This document shows positions 1-11,585 of a DNA stretch of 64,000 bases, piece after piece. The notes beneath the pieces were generated by a model. The model worked only from the letters and a program-made list of their open reading frames with translations, made no database searches and was not told the DNA's origin. The translations under genes and the position numbers were made by a program. This stretch comes from Leucoraja ocellata (lineage: Eukaryota): assembly GCA_036785375.1 (NCBI GenBank), contig JAWMAR010000069.1:6262001-6326000 (forward strand), given 5' to 3'. How positions within the stretch are numbered: position 1 is the stretch's first letter; each line of letters opens with the position of its first letter.

Positions 1-139
1 TAGATATATTCCATAATGTTAAAAGCTGCATTGTTTCAGAGTTCTGCAACAGGGGACATGAGATCTATATCTCACATTGTTATCATTCTTTGCCAAGTCT
101 CTGTTGAAAAGACAGTGGAGGAAAAGGCAGGCTGGGTTG

Positions 140-320
140 ACGTTAGTTTATTGTCACATGTACTGAGGTACAGCGCAAAGCTTTTGTTGCGTGCTAACCA
201 GACAGTGAAAAGACAATACATGTTATTAGCAATCGAGGCATCCACAGTGTACAGATACATGATAGTAGGAATTACATGAATAACATTTAGTGCAAGATAA
301 AGCCGATAAAGTTTGATTAT
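140..320 (-). mobile_element. Rex1/Babar-type LINE 3' UTR fragment
   Basis: Reverse complement of the tail ...catgtgacaataaactaa; the same tail follows Rex1-like RT sequence at 47515-48045. Confidence 0.7.
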
Positions 321-528
321 AGGTACACAAAAATGCTGGAGAAACTCAGCGGGTGCAGCAGCATCTATGGAGCGAAGGAAATAGGCAATGTTTCGGGCCG
401 AAACCCTTCTTCAGACCTTCTTCAACCCATCAGTCTGAAGAAGGGTTTCAGCCCGAAACATTGCCTATTTCCTTCGCTCCATAGATGCTGCTGAACCCGC
501 TGAGGTTCTCCAGCACTTTTGTCAACCT
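321..528. mobile_element. Fold-back (inverted pair) of Penelope terminal repeat with two hammerhead motifs
   Basis: 321-416 is the near-perfect reverse complement of 433-528, with a 16-nt spacer; each arm contains ctgaagaagggtttc(g/a)gcccgaaacatt. Confidence 0.85.
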
Positions 529-644
529 TATTAAGGGACTTCTGCTCACCCCTGTCTTTATTTGTAATGTCTTACACATGTATGTAGTACTGTCCTTTAA
601 GGAATATTTTAGGATAAAAAGGAACAAGCATCTGAGGAGCCAAA

Positions 645-921
645 GCTGCACAGTGGTAGAGTTGCTGCCTTATAGTGCCAGAGACCCGGTATTGATCCTG
701 ACCACGGGTGCAGTCTATACGGAGTTTGTATGTTTTGCCTGTGATCGCGCGGGTTTTCTTCGAGTGCTATAGTTTCCTCCCACACTCCAAAGACATACAG
801 GGTTGTAGGTTAATTGGCTTCTGTAAATCGTCCCTAGGGCATAGGATAGTGCTAGTGTATGGGGTGATTGCTAGTCGAAGCGGACTCGGGCTGAAGAGCC
901 TGTTTTTACGCTGTATCCCTG
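645..921 (+). mobile_element. HE1-type V-SINE
   Basis: tRNA-like head (cagtggtagagttgctgcc...gatcctgac), V-domain (ggagtttgtatgtt...tttcctcccaca), CR1-type tail. Confidence 0.9.
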
Positions 922-1055
922 AAGACAAAAGCATGGAAACAGGCCCTTTGGCACACCGGGTTTGCGCTGACCAGCGATCACACAATAGACCAGCACTATC
1001 CTACACACTAGGGACAATTTACAATTGACAGAAGTAAAGTCGATCACAAAACCTT
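922..1055 (-). mobile_element. HE1-type V-SINE 3' fragment, tail-to-tail with previous copy
   Basis: ggaaacaggccctttggc...cactatcctacacactagggacaattta is the reverse complement of the HE1 tail. Confidence 0.85.
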
Positions 1056-1851
1056 CAATCTTTAATGGTTGTCGCTTCTTACAGTAAATGTAATTATCTA
1101 TCTTAACTTCCATTCTGGGACATGTCTCCAATGAAACAACTAAACTGCAAGTGAACAGAATTTTCCACATGCATTGTACACAAGTACAAGTCATCACCAA
1201 TCACAAAGACACAAGCTGAACAATAGTTGCCTGAAATATTTCTTTATGCATCCAAAATAATCTGTGTTAAACATAGCACAATAATGACTGTAACAGTCAC
1301 CGCTTTTAGCAAAAGTGCTAAACCACATATTTTGTAAAAACTAATGGGCCTATTTTTAAAATGAGGAAAGAAATATCAGAAATATGTGCTAGCCATCTGC
1401 TAAAACTGGAAACACTCATTTTCAGCCTCACATCATTTGACAGATTCAAATTCTTCGTGATACTTACTTTCAATTTTTTATATATGTTATCCTAATTATT
1501 CACTTTTAAAGAACCTTGGAGTTTGTTGGAAGTCACTTAGCAGTGAACCAAAATTAGTTGGAAACTCTCAGCAGAGGCGATAACTTTGTACCCCTGCACC
1601 CATACCTCTACAAGTTCTGAGCTCGTCATTATGTCGAGCTCTTCTTCTGTTACCTCTGGCTCCAGGCCTATTTCTCTGGCCAGGAATTCCCTCCCAAGTT
1701 TAATTTCTTCGTCCCCGCCCAAGGTGAAGCTTTCCAGTCTAGCACATCCAAGGTTGACATCTGTTGGATCCCCCGTGCAGTTGTGGTTGGAGCCATCATC
1801 CGTATCTTCTCTGTAGTTCGGTTCTCACTCTCCTTTCACGCAGATGAAACA

Positions 1852-2795
1852 AAGATACAGTTCCCCTGGTCCTCATCTTTTACCCCATCAGCTCCCACAT
1901 CTGATGCATCATCCTCCAACACAATCCCACCACCAGTCGCATTTTCCAACCCCCACTATTTTCTGCTTTCCATTTGAGACCACAACTCATTGTTTGGCTC
2001 ATCTCTTCCACTCAACCCGTCCCATCCCCGGGTATTTTTTCCAGCAACTGCAGGAGATATGACACCTATTCCTACACACCCTCGCTCACTTCCTTCAAGG
2101 GACCCTAGCAGTCCTTCCAGATGAGACAGAAGTTCACGTGCAACCCTCACTAACCTCATCTACTGCATTTGGAACTCCAGATGTGGCCTCCTTTACATCA
2201 GCAAGACCAAGGGTAGACTGGGCGGACATTTTCGCTCGGACTGCTTAGTGCTGCTGGATCTCCCAGTTGCTAACCATTTTAACTCTCCTTCCCATTCCCA
2301 TACTGACCTTTCTGCCCTGGGCCTCCTCAAGTGCTGGAGTGAGGCCTCACGCAAACTGGAAGAAGAGCACCACATATTCCGCCTGGGTAGTCTTCAACCC
2401 AGTGGTGTGAACACTGAATTCTCCAAATTCAAGTAATATTCCTATGACCCCTCCTCTCTTTCCAGTGTCCTACCCCACCCCAGTGCACCAGCCACCACAT
2501 CAACCTGCTCCTTCCCCCTTCTCCACACACTCATCTCCTATCACCGTCCCCTTTATCCTTTCTCTTTTCACTCCATTCAGTCTTCTTCTACCCACATCTC
2601 TCCCTCCCATTTTATATTTCACAACTCTTCATCACCCTTTTGCAAATCACCCCCTCATCTGCATCTATCCATTACTTACCCGACGTTGCCCCATCCACAC
2701 CTCTATTTTCCAGCTTTCTCTATCCCCCCCTCCCCCCCCCCCTCCCCCCCACTCCCCCTCTCCATTATTTTGAAGATTCCCAACCTGAAATGTTG
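1852..2795 (+). mobile_element. Penelope-like retroelement 3' part (degenerate GIY-YIG endonuclease plus terminal repeat)
   Basis: Frameshifted peptides NLIYCI..SRCGLLYI..TK.RLG and DLPVANHFNSPSHSHTDLSALGLLKCWSEASRKLEEEHHIFRLGSLQPSGVNTEF (ORF 2248-2436); C/T-rich 3' region. Confidence 0.9.
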
Positions 2796-3035
2796 TGTTT
2801 AAGAAAGAACTGCAGTTGCTGACAAAATCAAAGGTAGACTCAAAACACTGGAGAAACTCAGCGGGCGAGGCACCATCTTTGGAGAGAAGGAATTGGCAAC
2901 GTTTCGGGTCGAGTCAGAAGAAGGGTCTCCCCCCGAAACATCGCCAGTTCCTTCTCTCCATAGATGCTGCCTGACCCATTGAGTTCCTCCAGCATTTTGT
3001 GTTTTACTCAAAATTCCAGCATCCGTAGTTTCTCA
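2796..3035. mobile_element. Penelope terminal-repeat fold-back pair
   Basis: ctggagaaactcagcggg...ggcaacgtttcggg is inverted relative to gaagaagggtctcccccgaaacatcgcc...gagttcctccagc. Confidence 0.8.
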
Positions 3036-3509
3036 TGAGGGACAGACCATTGAATGCCATCGACTACAAACCCATTGACCCCCCACAGCTACATTGACCT
3101 CATTTATATTGACCTTTCTAAATAGAGGGAATGGTTGTCAATTGTTTTTACTCTTGCAATATTTCGCAATTGAGTTCAATTGAGCAAATATTGAAATACT
3201 CTGGTTAGGGATTCCCACAACATAAAGTCACACCATAAGGTTCTAATTAATAACAATTAATAAGCTTGCATTGTCTGTGCAGTCTGAAGAATGCAGGTAC
3301 AATGTTAAGCTGCATTGACTCCCCACACATAATGTAGGAAAAATAATTTGGATTTGATCCTTCGACTTTGATCCTAGCAGCTTTCATGAAGTTCGAATAT
3401 TCCGACATGCTTTTTCGGCACCAGAATATTTTTAAACTGTAACTTCTGTTGTTATGTTCAAAATAAGCCAAGGTGTAAATATCTCTTTGCGCAATTCAAT
3501 TTTTGAAAG

Positions 3510-3895
3510 CAAGCACTGTTCTAATAAACAACGTCCTGGAGGAACCCAGCGGGCCTGGGAGTATCTGTTGAGGGACATGAACAGACAATGTTTTGGGTTG
3601 CGATTGTTCTTCAGAATGATGAAGGCAAGGGGAGATTGCTGGTGGCATGAAGTGAGGGAGTAGGTGGGGTAAGACTGGACAGTTCATTGGCAGATCGAGG
3701 GAAGAAGGTTTGGCTTCTTGCATGGATCCACGTATCTCTTACCACATCGTCTTTCTACCGTTTATCTCCCCGCTACTTCATGAGTCTGAAAAAATGTTCC
3801 ATTGCCTTCCACAAATGCTACCTGGTTTGTTGAGTTTCTCCTGAACTTTGATTCTTGCTCAAGATTCCAGTATCTACAGCCCCTCTTGTGTCTCC
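3510..3895. mobile_element. Degenerate divergent Penelope terminal-repeat pair
   Basis: Minus copy at about 3510-3720 and plus copy at about 3740-3895 resemble the PLE repeat consensus seen elsewhere in the window. Confidence 0.6.
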
Positions 3896-4105
3896 ATTAT
3901 TCCAAACAAACCACCCTGCATTTTCTCCGATATCTTTTCTAAGATATTGTGCTCAGAACTGCTCATAGTGCTCTTGATCAAGTTTAACCAGGCTTTGTAA
4001 AGCTGAACCATGGCTTCTGCACCCTTGCAGTTTAGAAGGGCCGGAATTTCATCCTCTTTTTCCTAAAGGCTAAAGTTATTGAGTCATTGAGACAAACAGC
4101 AAAGG

Positions 4106-4225
4106 AACAGTCTGAGGAAGGATCCTGATACAAAACTCTCCATGTCCTTCACAGATGCTGCCCGACCTGCTGATGTCCAGGACTTTGTATTTTGCTCAAG
4201 ATTCCAGCAGTTTCTTGTGCCTCCA
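4106..4225 (+). mobile_element. Penelope-derived mini-element
   Basis: cagtctgaggaagg...agatgctgcccgacctgctga...agattccagca. Confidence 0.7.
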
Positions 4226-4281
4226 GAACAGAAATAGGATCATCAACCCATAACTGCGCTACCCATTTCCACTACATTAAT

Positions 4282-4366
4282 CCAGTCTGAAGAAGGGTCC
4301 CAACCTGTCCATTCCCTCTACCGATGCTGCCTGACTCGTTGAGGTTCTAGAGCACTTTGTGTTTTG
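4282..4366 (+). mobile_element. 85-bp Penelope-derived mini-element with 10-bp TSD
   Basis: ctacattaat at 4272-4281 and 4367-4376 flanks ccagtctgaagaagggtccc...agcactttgtgttttg. Confidence 0.85.
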
Positions 4367-4519
4367 CTACATTAATTCTATTTTATTCATTCCACATTAT
4401 CATCAATTTCCTCACAGATTCTACCACTCACCTGCACAGAGGAAACATTTACGGTAGACCATTAACCTACTAAATGCTACATTTGGGGAGCATTTGCTAC
4501 ATGGAATGTAGCCTGAAGA

Positions 4520-4783
4520 TTGTAACATCCAGGTTCAGGAACAGCTACGTCCCCACAGCCATCACACTATTAAACACAACGAATAAGCTATGAGCTCTGA
4601 ACTGCAAAAGATTATATCATTATTTGTTATTCGCACTATATTTGTTATTTATTGAACTTTTTTTTTCCCCCCCGTTATATACAATGTTTACATATTCACA
4701 TATTCTGTTGTGCTGCAGCAAGTAAGAATTTCATTGTCCCGTCCGGGACATTTGACAATAGAACACTCTTGACTTGACTTGAC
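4520..4783 (+). mobile_element. Rex1/Babar LINE 3' end
   Basis: aggttcaggaacagctacgtccccacagccatc (RFRNSY.PTAI), then UTR ending gacaatagaacactcttgacttgacttgac. Confidence 0.7.
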
Positions 4784-4890
4784 ATGGAATGGGGTTGAGA
4801 GGGAAAGTTAGGTCAGCCTTGACTGAATGGTGGGGTAGACTAGATGGGCCAAATGGCCTAATTCTGCTCCTAGAACTTATGGACATGAAC
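4784..4890 (+). mobile_element. CR1 (HER1-like) LINE 3' end
   Basis: gaatggggttgagagggaaag...gatgggccaaatggcctaattctgctcc. Confidence 0.75.
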
Positions 4891-4899
4891 TTATCTTTG

Positions 4900-5045
4900 G
4901 GTTATGGGAGGAAAATGTGGTATCCGATGAAACCCAGGTGACCACGGGAGAACATACAAACTCCACACAGACTGCACCCGACCTTAGGTGTGAACCTATG
5001 TCTTTGGCATGGTAAGGCAGTGGTTCTATCACCAATGTCACTATG
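4900..5045 (-). mobile_element. HE1 V-SINE fragment
   Basis: tgggaggaaaa...aaactccacacagac is the reverse complement of the V-domain. Confidence 0.75.
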
Positions 5046-6039
5046 CCTTTAATATCATAACATTGCTTCGCTCCCATCCAGCATAATAACTCTTTACTTG
5101 ATGGTATTATTAAACTTTTTGTATTCCTACATAATTCTAACACAAAATAAACCAACATAAAGTGCATAGAATATATAGGCAATCTGCCCAGGCATTACAG
5201 GATTATGGCCTTTGTAGATTATCAGTTCTATTTCCATTCCTTGGAATTCATACAGTAGAAATTCATCTTTGAGAAAAATACCTCAAGTTTTATTAGTGAC
5301 CACAACACAACAAACTCATTTAGAATACTTTCCATTCTGTGGTTGCTTGATATAATGAATTCTTTGAAATCCTTTTGGCTTTTATTGACGTCTTCTTTGT
5401 GTTGAATATATTGATCAAAACCTTTGACATTGGATTTTATCTTCCCGCAATCCTAATCTTGTCTATTTTAACTGTTCTGTTAAAGGTATCAGTTTCCAGC
5501 CTTTTTAAGTCGGTGATCAAAACTAATCCATGTAGTTAATCTTGGCCTACATATGACTTTATAAAGGAAAGGTTTTTTTAATCTTGTAGTAGCTTTTTCT
5601 ATCACCTACGCAATCACCTCTCACTGATTGAACTCTTATTTTCAAGGTAACGTATAACTGCATTGTTCACAATGTTTTCCTGCAAATTTGTTCCCTCGAT
5701 TTCTTCAGAATGTTTGTTTGATCTTCTCCCTTCATAATACACCTTCCACATAGCCCGACTGTGCGGTTTAAGATTCTGCTGCGTTCTGTGTAGTTATCAT
5801 GTTAAATGGGGTCAAGGAAAGGGCGTTCACATCGCGGCCCTGTTTCCACCAATCTTTCCACCACTATGCACAAGAAGCACAAGAAGCGCAAGACACCATT
5901 GTCTGCAGATGCCGAGAAGTGTGTTCAGCTCTGGCTGAACAATTTCTAATCTTGTGATGTGGACTCTATAAGAAAATTACATTAAATAAAAGTACACCCT
6001 CTTGGCAAGTGTGGCCTGTTGAACTTTGGGAGTTTGTAT

Positions 6040-6228
6040 ACTAGGGGAAAGTTTACAGTTAATGGCAAGACCCTAAACAGCATCAATCTATAGAGGGATC
6101 TTGGGGTCCAAGTCTACAACTCCTTGGAAGTGGCAACACAAGTAGATAGAAGGTGTATGACATGCTTGCCTTCATTGGTCAGGGTTCAGCATCCAAGTCG
6201 GGAAGTCATGATGCGGCTCTATAAACAT
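6040..6228 (+). mobile_element. CR1 LINE RT C-terminal fragment
   Basis: RDLGVQVYNSLEVATQVDR...MLAFIG...SREVMMRLYK. Confidence 0.8.
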
Positions 6229-6239
6229 AGAGTGCCAGA

Positions 6240-6545
6240 GGGGCAGCTCAGTGGCTCAGCGGTAGAGATGCCACATTACAGCGCCAGAGACCCAGATTTG
6301 ATCCTAACTATGGGTGCAGTCTGTATGGAGTTTGTACATTCTCCTTGTGATCACGTAGGTTTTCTCTGGGTGCTCCGGTTTCCTCCCAGGCTCCAAAGAC
6401 GTACAGGTTTACAGGTTAATTGGCTTCCATAAAATTATAAATTGTTCCCGGTGTATAGGATAGTGCGAGTTTAAGGGGTGATCGCTGGTTGGTGCAGTCT
6501 CGTATCCTGAGGGACATGTTTCTGCCTTGTATCTCTAAAGTCTTA
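6240..6545 (+). mobile_element. HE1-type V-SINE (full length)
   Basis: Head gtggctcagcggtagag, V-domain, tail tgtatctctaaag. Confidence 0.9.
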
Positions 6546-7025
6546 GTTACAGTCAATGTTTTATCCAATTAGTACACAGTTTCTAGGGTAACATGTGTTC
6601 CAGTCTTTCATTAATTATTGTTACATTGAAAGAGGAAGGCATCACAATAAAGTAATGTATCACTGTGGCATAGAGCATTATGACTTCCATTTCCATTGAT
6701 GGCTGCTTGGTTTTCTAAAGAAACACTCCAAGGACATGGATGGAAAATCAAATAAACTACAAGCGCTAGAATTTTGAACTAAAAACAGAAAGTGCTGAAA
6801 ATACTCGGTAGGTCAGGCAACGTCTAGGGGAATCAAAACATCTGTTGACCCTTCATCAGAATCTCTGGCACACTATCGAGCAGCAAGCCCAGCTTCATAT
6901 GATGCCTGCCCTGCACACATTGTGAATGATGGTGAGTTCCTTCTCTGGCCTCCAATCTCCCGAGCGACCCTTTTCACTGCACCATCTGCTCCAAAACTCT
7001 TGCCTTGCCTTCAACACTCACATGT

Positions 7026-7167
7026 GTAGGAAGGAACTGCAGATGCTGGTTTAAACCAAAGATAGACACAAAATGCTGGAGTAGCTCAGTGGGACAGCAG
7101 CATCTCTGGACAGAGGGAATGGATGATGTTTCGGATCGAGACACTTCTTCAGACTCAATATGATTAC
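7026..7167 (-). mobile_element. Penelope-derived mini-element with 11-bp TSD
   Basis: cactcacatgt at 7015-7025 and 7168-7178 flanks the PLE repeat. Confidence 0.85.
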
Positions 7168-7369
7168 CACTCACATGTTAGTCCACCATGTTAACACAAA
7201 GATGACCTCAAAGCCTAATTTTCCTTAGAGATAGGATTTTGTCTCTTTCACCATCTAGATGAAGAAAATCTATTACGTCACTTAAAGGAGACCAGTGAAG
7301 ATCTAATGGGGTCCACACTGATTAAAATATAGTTTTTTATGATTACCCAGTTGGAAGGATCAGAAAATG

Positions 7370-7455
7370 TCCGAAGAAGGGTCTCGACCCGAAACGTTAC
7401 CCATTCCTTCTATCCAGAGATGCTGCCTGTCCCATTGAGTTACTCCAGCATTATT
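7370..7455 (+). mobile_element. Penelope-derived mini-element with 10-bp TSD, hammerhead motif with mutated core
   Basis: tcagaaaatg (7360-7369) / tcggaaaatg (7456-7465); ccgaagaagggtctcgacccgaaacgtt. Confidence 0.8.
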
Positions 7456-8159
7456 TCGGAAAATGACTTTTTTTTCTTGACCCTCTGATTATTACCAGGA
7501 AAACAGTGTGATGGTTAAAACTATTAGCACCATAAGATTAATAAGTAGCTTGGAAGACTTTCTGTTGATTTATTCTTTATTTATGTTTTCACTGTTTTGA
7601 TCGCAGCTGTCTACATATAATTGCTATCATTGATCATTGTTCCTTCCTTTCTGTTGTTTAGTTAGTCCACTATCCAGTCTGCACCATCTTGATTCATGTA
7701 GAATCTTTCACACTAGCTTCATTACTCTTACAACATAGCCAGCTTAACATAATCTAAAAATCAAGGGACGGAATTTTACCATCTTCAGCTGAGTTGGTCA
7801 CATGATTTGATAAAATTGTCGGCCATGATTTTTGTTTCATGAAGTTATGTAGTTGCTGTCATTACTCTCAGCAAATAGGTTTATACTGTATTTCTTTCCT
7901 AAAATGTTATCATGCTTTTATGTCCTAATTGCTAAGTTGTCGTTACTGCTTGATTTCCATGTACAAAAAACACCCTGAAGTATTTCTCGTATCTTCCCTA
8001 CACCCTAACTTTATTTTCGGAAACAATAACAATGTGAAATTATTAGTGAAATTAAATGTGAAAAGTCCATTATTCTGACTGAGGAAAGAGCTTGAAGATG
8101 ATAACTCCTATTCAAAGTCTAAGTGGGTTCCTGGGGAATGGTGTAGAGCAGTAAGGTCT

Positions 8160-8277
8160 AGGTGTAAGAAGGAACTGCAGATAGACACAAAATGCTGGAG
8201 TAACTCAGCGGGATGGGCAGCATCTCTGGAGAGAAGGAATGGGTGACGTTTTGGGTTGGGACCCTCTTTCAGACTGA
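8160..8277 (-). mobile_element. Penelope-derived mini-element
   Basis: aagaaggaactgcag...gggtgacgttttgggttgggaccctctttcagactga. Confidence 0.8.
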
Positions 8278-8294
8278 CAACGCAGCTTGTACTG

Positions 8295-9090
8295 TTATGT
8301 TTGTACAAGACACGGGTGAGTTTTTGGAGTAATGTACATCATTTTTGTCACCCTGATGTAGGAAGGATGTTGTTAAGCTGAAAAGCTGAAAAGAGTGCAG
8401 AGAAGATTTACAAGGAAGTCGCTAGGACTCGATGGCCAGAGCTAGAGTTAGAGGTTGGGCAGGGTACGACTTTATTACTTGGAGTGCATGAGGATGACGG
8501 GTGATTTTATAGAGGTTTATAAATTATGAGGGGAATAGATAAGGTGAATGCACAATGTTTTATGCACAGTGTTTTAATCAAGAACCAGGGGACATAAGTT
8601 TAAAGTGAGAGGAGAAAGATTTAATACGGATTTGAGGGGCAACCTTTTCACACACCAGGTTGGCGGGTATATGGAACAAGCTGCCAGCGGAGGTACTTGA
8701 GTCAGGTACTATAACACAGGTACTATAACACATCGGTAGAGTTGCTGCCTTACTGTGCCAGAGACCTGGGTTTGATCCTGGCTATGGGAGCTGTCTGTAT
8801 GGAGTTTGTGACAGCGTGGGTTTTCTCCGAGATCTTTCGTTTCCTCCAACACTCCAAAGACATACAGGTTTGTAAGTTAATTGGATTGGTATTAATGTAA
8901 ATTGTCCCTAGTGTGCAGGATAGTGTTAATGTGTGGGGATCGCTGGTTGGCGCGGACATGGTGGGCCGAAGGACCTGTTTCCACGCTGCATCTCTAAGGT
9001 GAATGAATCTAAACTAAACATTTAAAAGGTATGGATAGGTACATGGATAGGAAAGGTTTAGAGGAATATGGTTGGCATGGGTATGTTGGG
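8295..9090 (+). mobile_element. CR1 LINE 3' fragment interrupted by HE1 SINE
   Basis: RVQRRFTR..LG, GDFIEVYKIMRGIDKV, SRTRGHKFKVRGERF; resumes at about 9018 (catttaaaagg...atggataggaaaggtttagagg). Confidence 0.85.
8734..9017 (+). mobile_element. HE1-type V-SINE nested in CR1
   Basis: cggtagagttgctgcc...gtgggccgaaggacctgtttcc...ctaaactaaa. Confidence 0.9.
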
Positions 9091-10054
9091 TTTTTTTGGG
9101 TACCCACGCACATCTCCTTTAAAATTCTCTCCAGCCACCTGCCCGCTAGTCTTTGACATTTCCATCCTGGGAAAAATATTCTGACTATCTACCCTATCTA
9201 TGCCTCTCAGTTCCTCAAATATAAACAATAACATTCCATAGCTGTCCTCGTCATTTGCTGTTACCTGTACTCTTTGTGTAACATTCATTAGCAACCTTTG
9301 ATTCCTCTGCATCTCAGAGTTTGGTAGCCTCAAGAGACAAGAGACATTTATTGTCACATGCACCGATTGGTACAGTGAAATTTGTGGTATCTCTTACCAT
9401 TAAAATAAGATCCTGCTAGACTGGACAAAGGCACCCTTTCTCTATCACGAGCCACCTTTTGAAAGATTTTTGCCTCCTCACTCAACTACAAGTATTTAGT
9501 TGTATTATCCATATACTCCATCCCATCAGGCACTGATATAAATCTGTAAGACTGAAGGTAAAGATCAAATGTTATTCTTCTCGTGTCGTCGGCAGAGGGT
9601 TTACAGGACCCTGCAGAGAACGGGTTTTTGTGGTTAAAAATGTTATGCATGTAATAAGCTCATCTGGCTGATCGAGACATAATAGAATAGCTGCTGCTAC
9701 AGCACATATCTCCATTACCATTACAATTAAGAGAATGAAGAGGTGAACCAGAAGGACATTGATCTTCTCTTGTTTAGTCCTTTCCATCTTACTAATCGTC
9801 ACAGCTCGGCATAATCAATCTCTGAAATTCTGCTCTTAATATTCAAAAGCCATTGCAGAAATCCTATTGTTAATTGGTATGCATTGATTGCTGCACAGAT
9901 GCCAGAACTCTGGCGCCACTAACGGCTAGTGCCTACAGAAGTATACAGCATCAAGGTCAGGAATCTAGGAGAAAGCTGGACTAAAGAAACGTTAAATTAT
10001 TAATCATCAAGTCCTCTGGGTATTCAGTAACCCTCAATCTAACCTGATGATTTT

Positions 10055-10378
10055 CGAGAGCACAGTGACACAGCTGGTAGAGCTGCTGACTCACAGCGTC
10101 AGAGACCCGGGTTTGATTCTGAATTTGGGTGTTGTCTGTGGAGTTTGCACATTCTCCCTTTGGCCATGTTAGTTTCCTTCGGGTGCTCCGGTTTCCTGCC
10201 ACATCCCAACGTTATGCGGGTTTGTAGGTTAACTGGCCTTTGCAAATTGCCCCTAGTGTGTAGGGAGTGAATGAGAAAGTGGGATTAAATGAAACTGGTG
10301 TGAACGGGAGTTCGATGGTGTGTGTCGACTCCGTGGATCGAAGGGCTTGCATCCATGCTGTATCTCTAAACTAAACTT
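10055..10378 (+). mobile_element. HE1-type V-SINE
   Basis: Head, V-domain and tgtatctctaaactaaac tail. Confidence 0.9.
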
Positions 10379-10880
10379 TTATAGGTATTGGTATTGATAT
10401 TGAGTTAATATTGTCACTTGTACCGAGCGAAAGTGAAAACACTTTTTTTTAACATGTTATTCAGGCAGGTAATATACGATACATGAGCTTGTATATGGTT
10501 TGAGCTGCAGACAAAGTGTTGAGACAGGTGTGATAACAACTTTTAAAAGCCATTTGGACAGGTAGATGAATAGGAAATGTTTAAAGGTTGAGAGGGTCAA
10601 AGGCAGGAAGATGATCCTGCTTAGTTGCATCCAAGGCTATTTCAGAGATCTACTCAATGTTGGCTACAAAGCTCTGTGCTTAGAGTAATGGAATGGCCAC
10701 AGCAGCCAAAGATAGAGGATCTCCTTTACTTAAGCACCTGTCCCACTTTCACAACCTAAATCATGACCTCTGACGACCTTAAACAACCTAAAACAAAATC
10801 AAGGTCATGGTACCCGACGACCTCCTACGACCTTCCACGACTATGTGTACGACCTCCTACGACTATGAAGAAGACTGGCT

Positions 10881-11125
10881 TTGACCATGTATGTTTTACT
10901 GCTGTTTGCAGTAGCCCTTTTGCTTCAGCAGCCTTTTAAGAAAGGTAGAAGTGGAAGAGCAAGGGTGAAGAGGGAGCACAAGAAGAGGTCTCAATGGGTG
11001 AATGGGGATGATGTGATGGACTGTCCCAGTACACCAGATGATTGGAAGAGAGTGGCGCTGGGCTTTGACAAAAGATGGAACTTTAAGCACACATATGGGA
11101 CAGTGGATGGCAAGCATGCCATTCT
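10881..11125 (+). pseudogene. Harbinger (HARBI1-like) transposase fragment
   Basis: CPSTPDDWKRVALGFDKRWNFKHTYGTVDGKH matches the Harbinger P.T..W..IA..F..RWNFP.C.GA.DGKH motif, including the first catalytic Asp. Confidence 0.88.
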
Positions 11126-11585
11126 TGTCCCTGTCCCTGTACCCCGCATTTTCCTTTTCGTACAGGATGGCATTCTGCTGGAACCATTCCTCAAGGCCCC
11201 CCTCTTGCTGCGTGGTGAAGGTGTTGGGCATAACCTTTCTCCAGTCCTCCCTCACCACCAATGGGGCATCTGCCTCTGATGCTGTGTCAGACACAGGAGA
11301 AAAGGCTGCTTTGCTGCCTTCAAATGAGGCAGTGGATGGGGTGGTGGTGGGGACATATACTACCGCCCTGGTCTCCTCCTCCAGGGGTCTCTCATGCAGG
11401 GCTACCTCTTCCTGCACTATCACCCCCTGTGGCATAACCTCCTGCCACTCCTCCTCCTGGGTGGGCAACACCTGCATGGCTGTTTTTTTTAGGGTTATGC
11501 CGTCCCCCTGCGCTGCTGCCTTTTTGGAGCCATCTCTAAAACACAAGTCTCCTCTCCAAAAAACTCTCCAGCTATGAATGAACAT
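11115..11585 (-). pseudogene. Harbinger second ORF (Myb/SANT-MADF-like DNA-binding protein) fragment
   Basis: FTTQQEGGLEEWFQQNAILYEKENAGYRDRDK resembles the MADF start (L.E.....P.LYD.....Y.D...K); convergent with the transposase inside the TIRs. Confidence 0.7.

Noticed and set aside
6040-9090. One CR1 copy spanning 6040-9090
   Set aside because: The fragments are roughly collinear but separated by 2 kb of mixed unique sequence with no supporting junction; treated as separate insertions.
9572-9802. Hydrophobic 76-aa ORF as a membrane peptide
   Set aside because: Non-ATG start, no recognisable family or splice context; expected by chance in AT-rich DNA.
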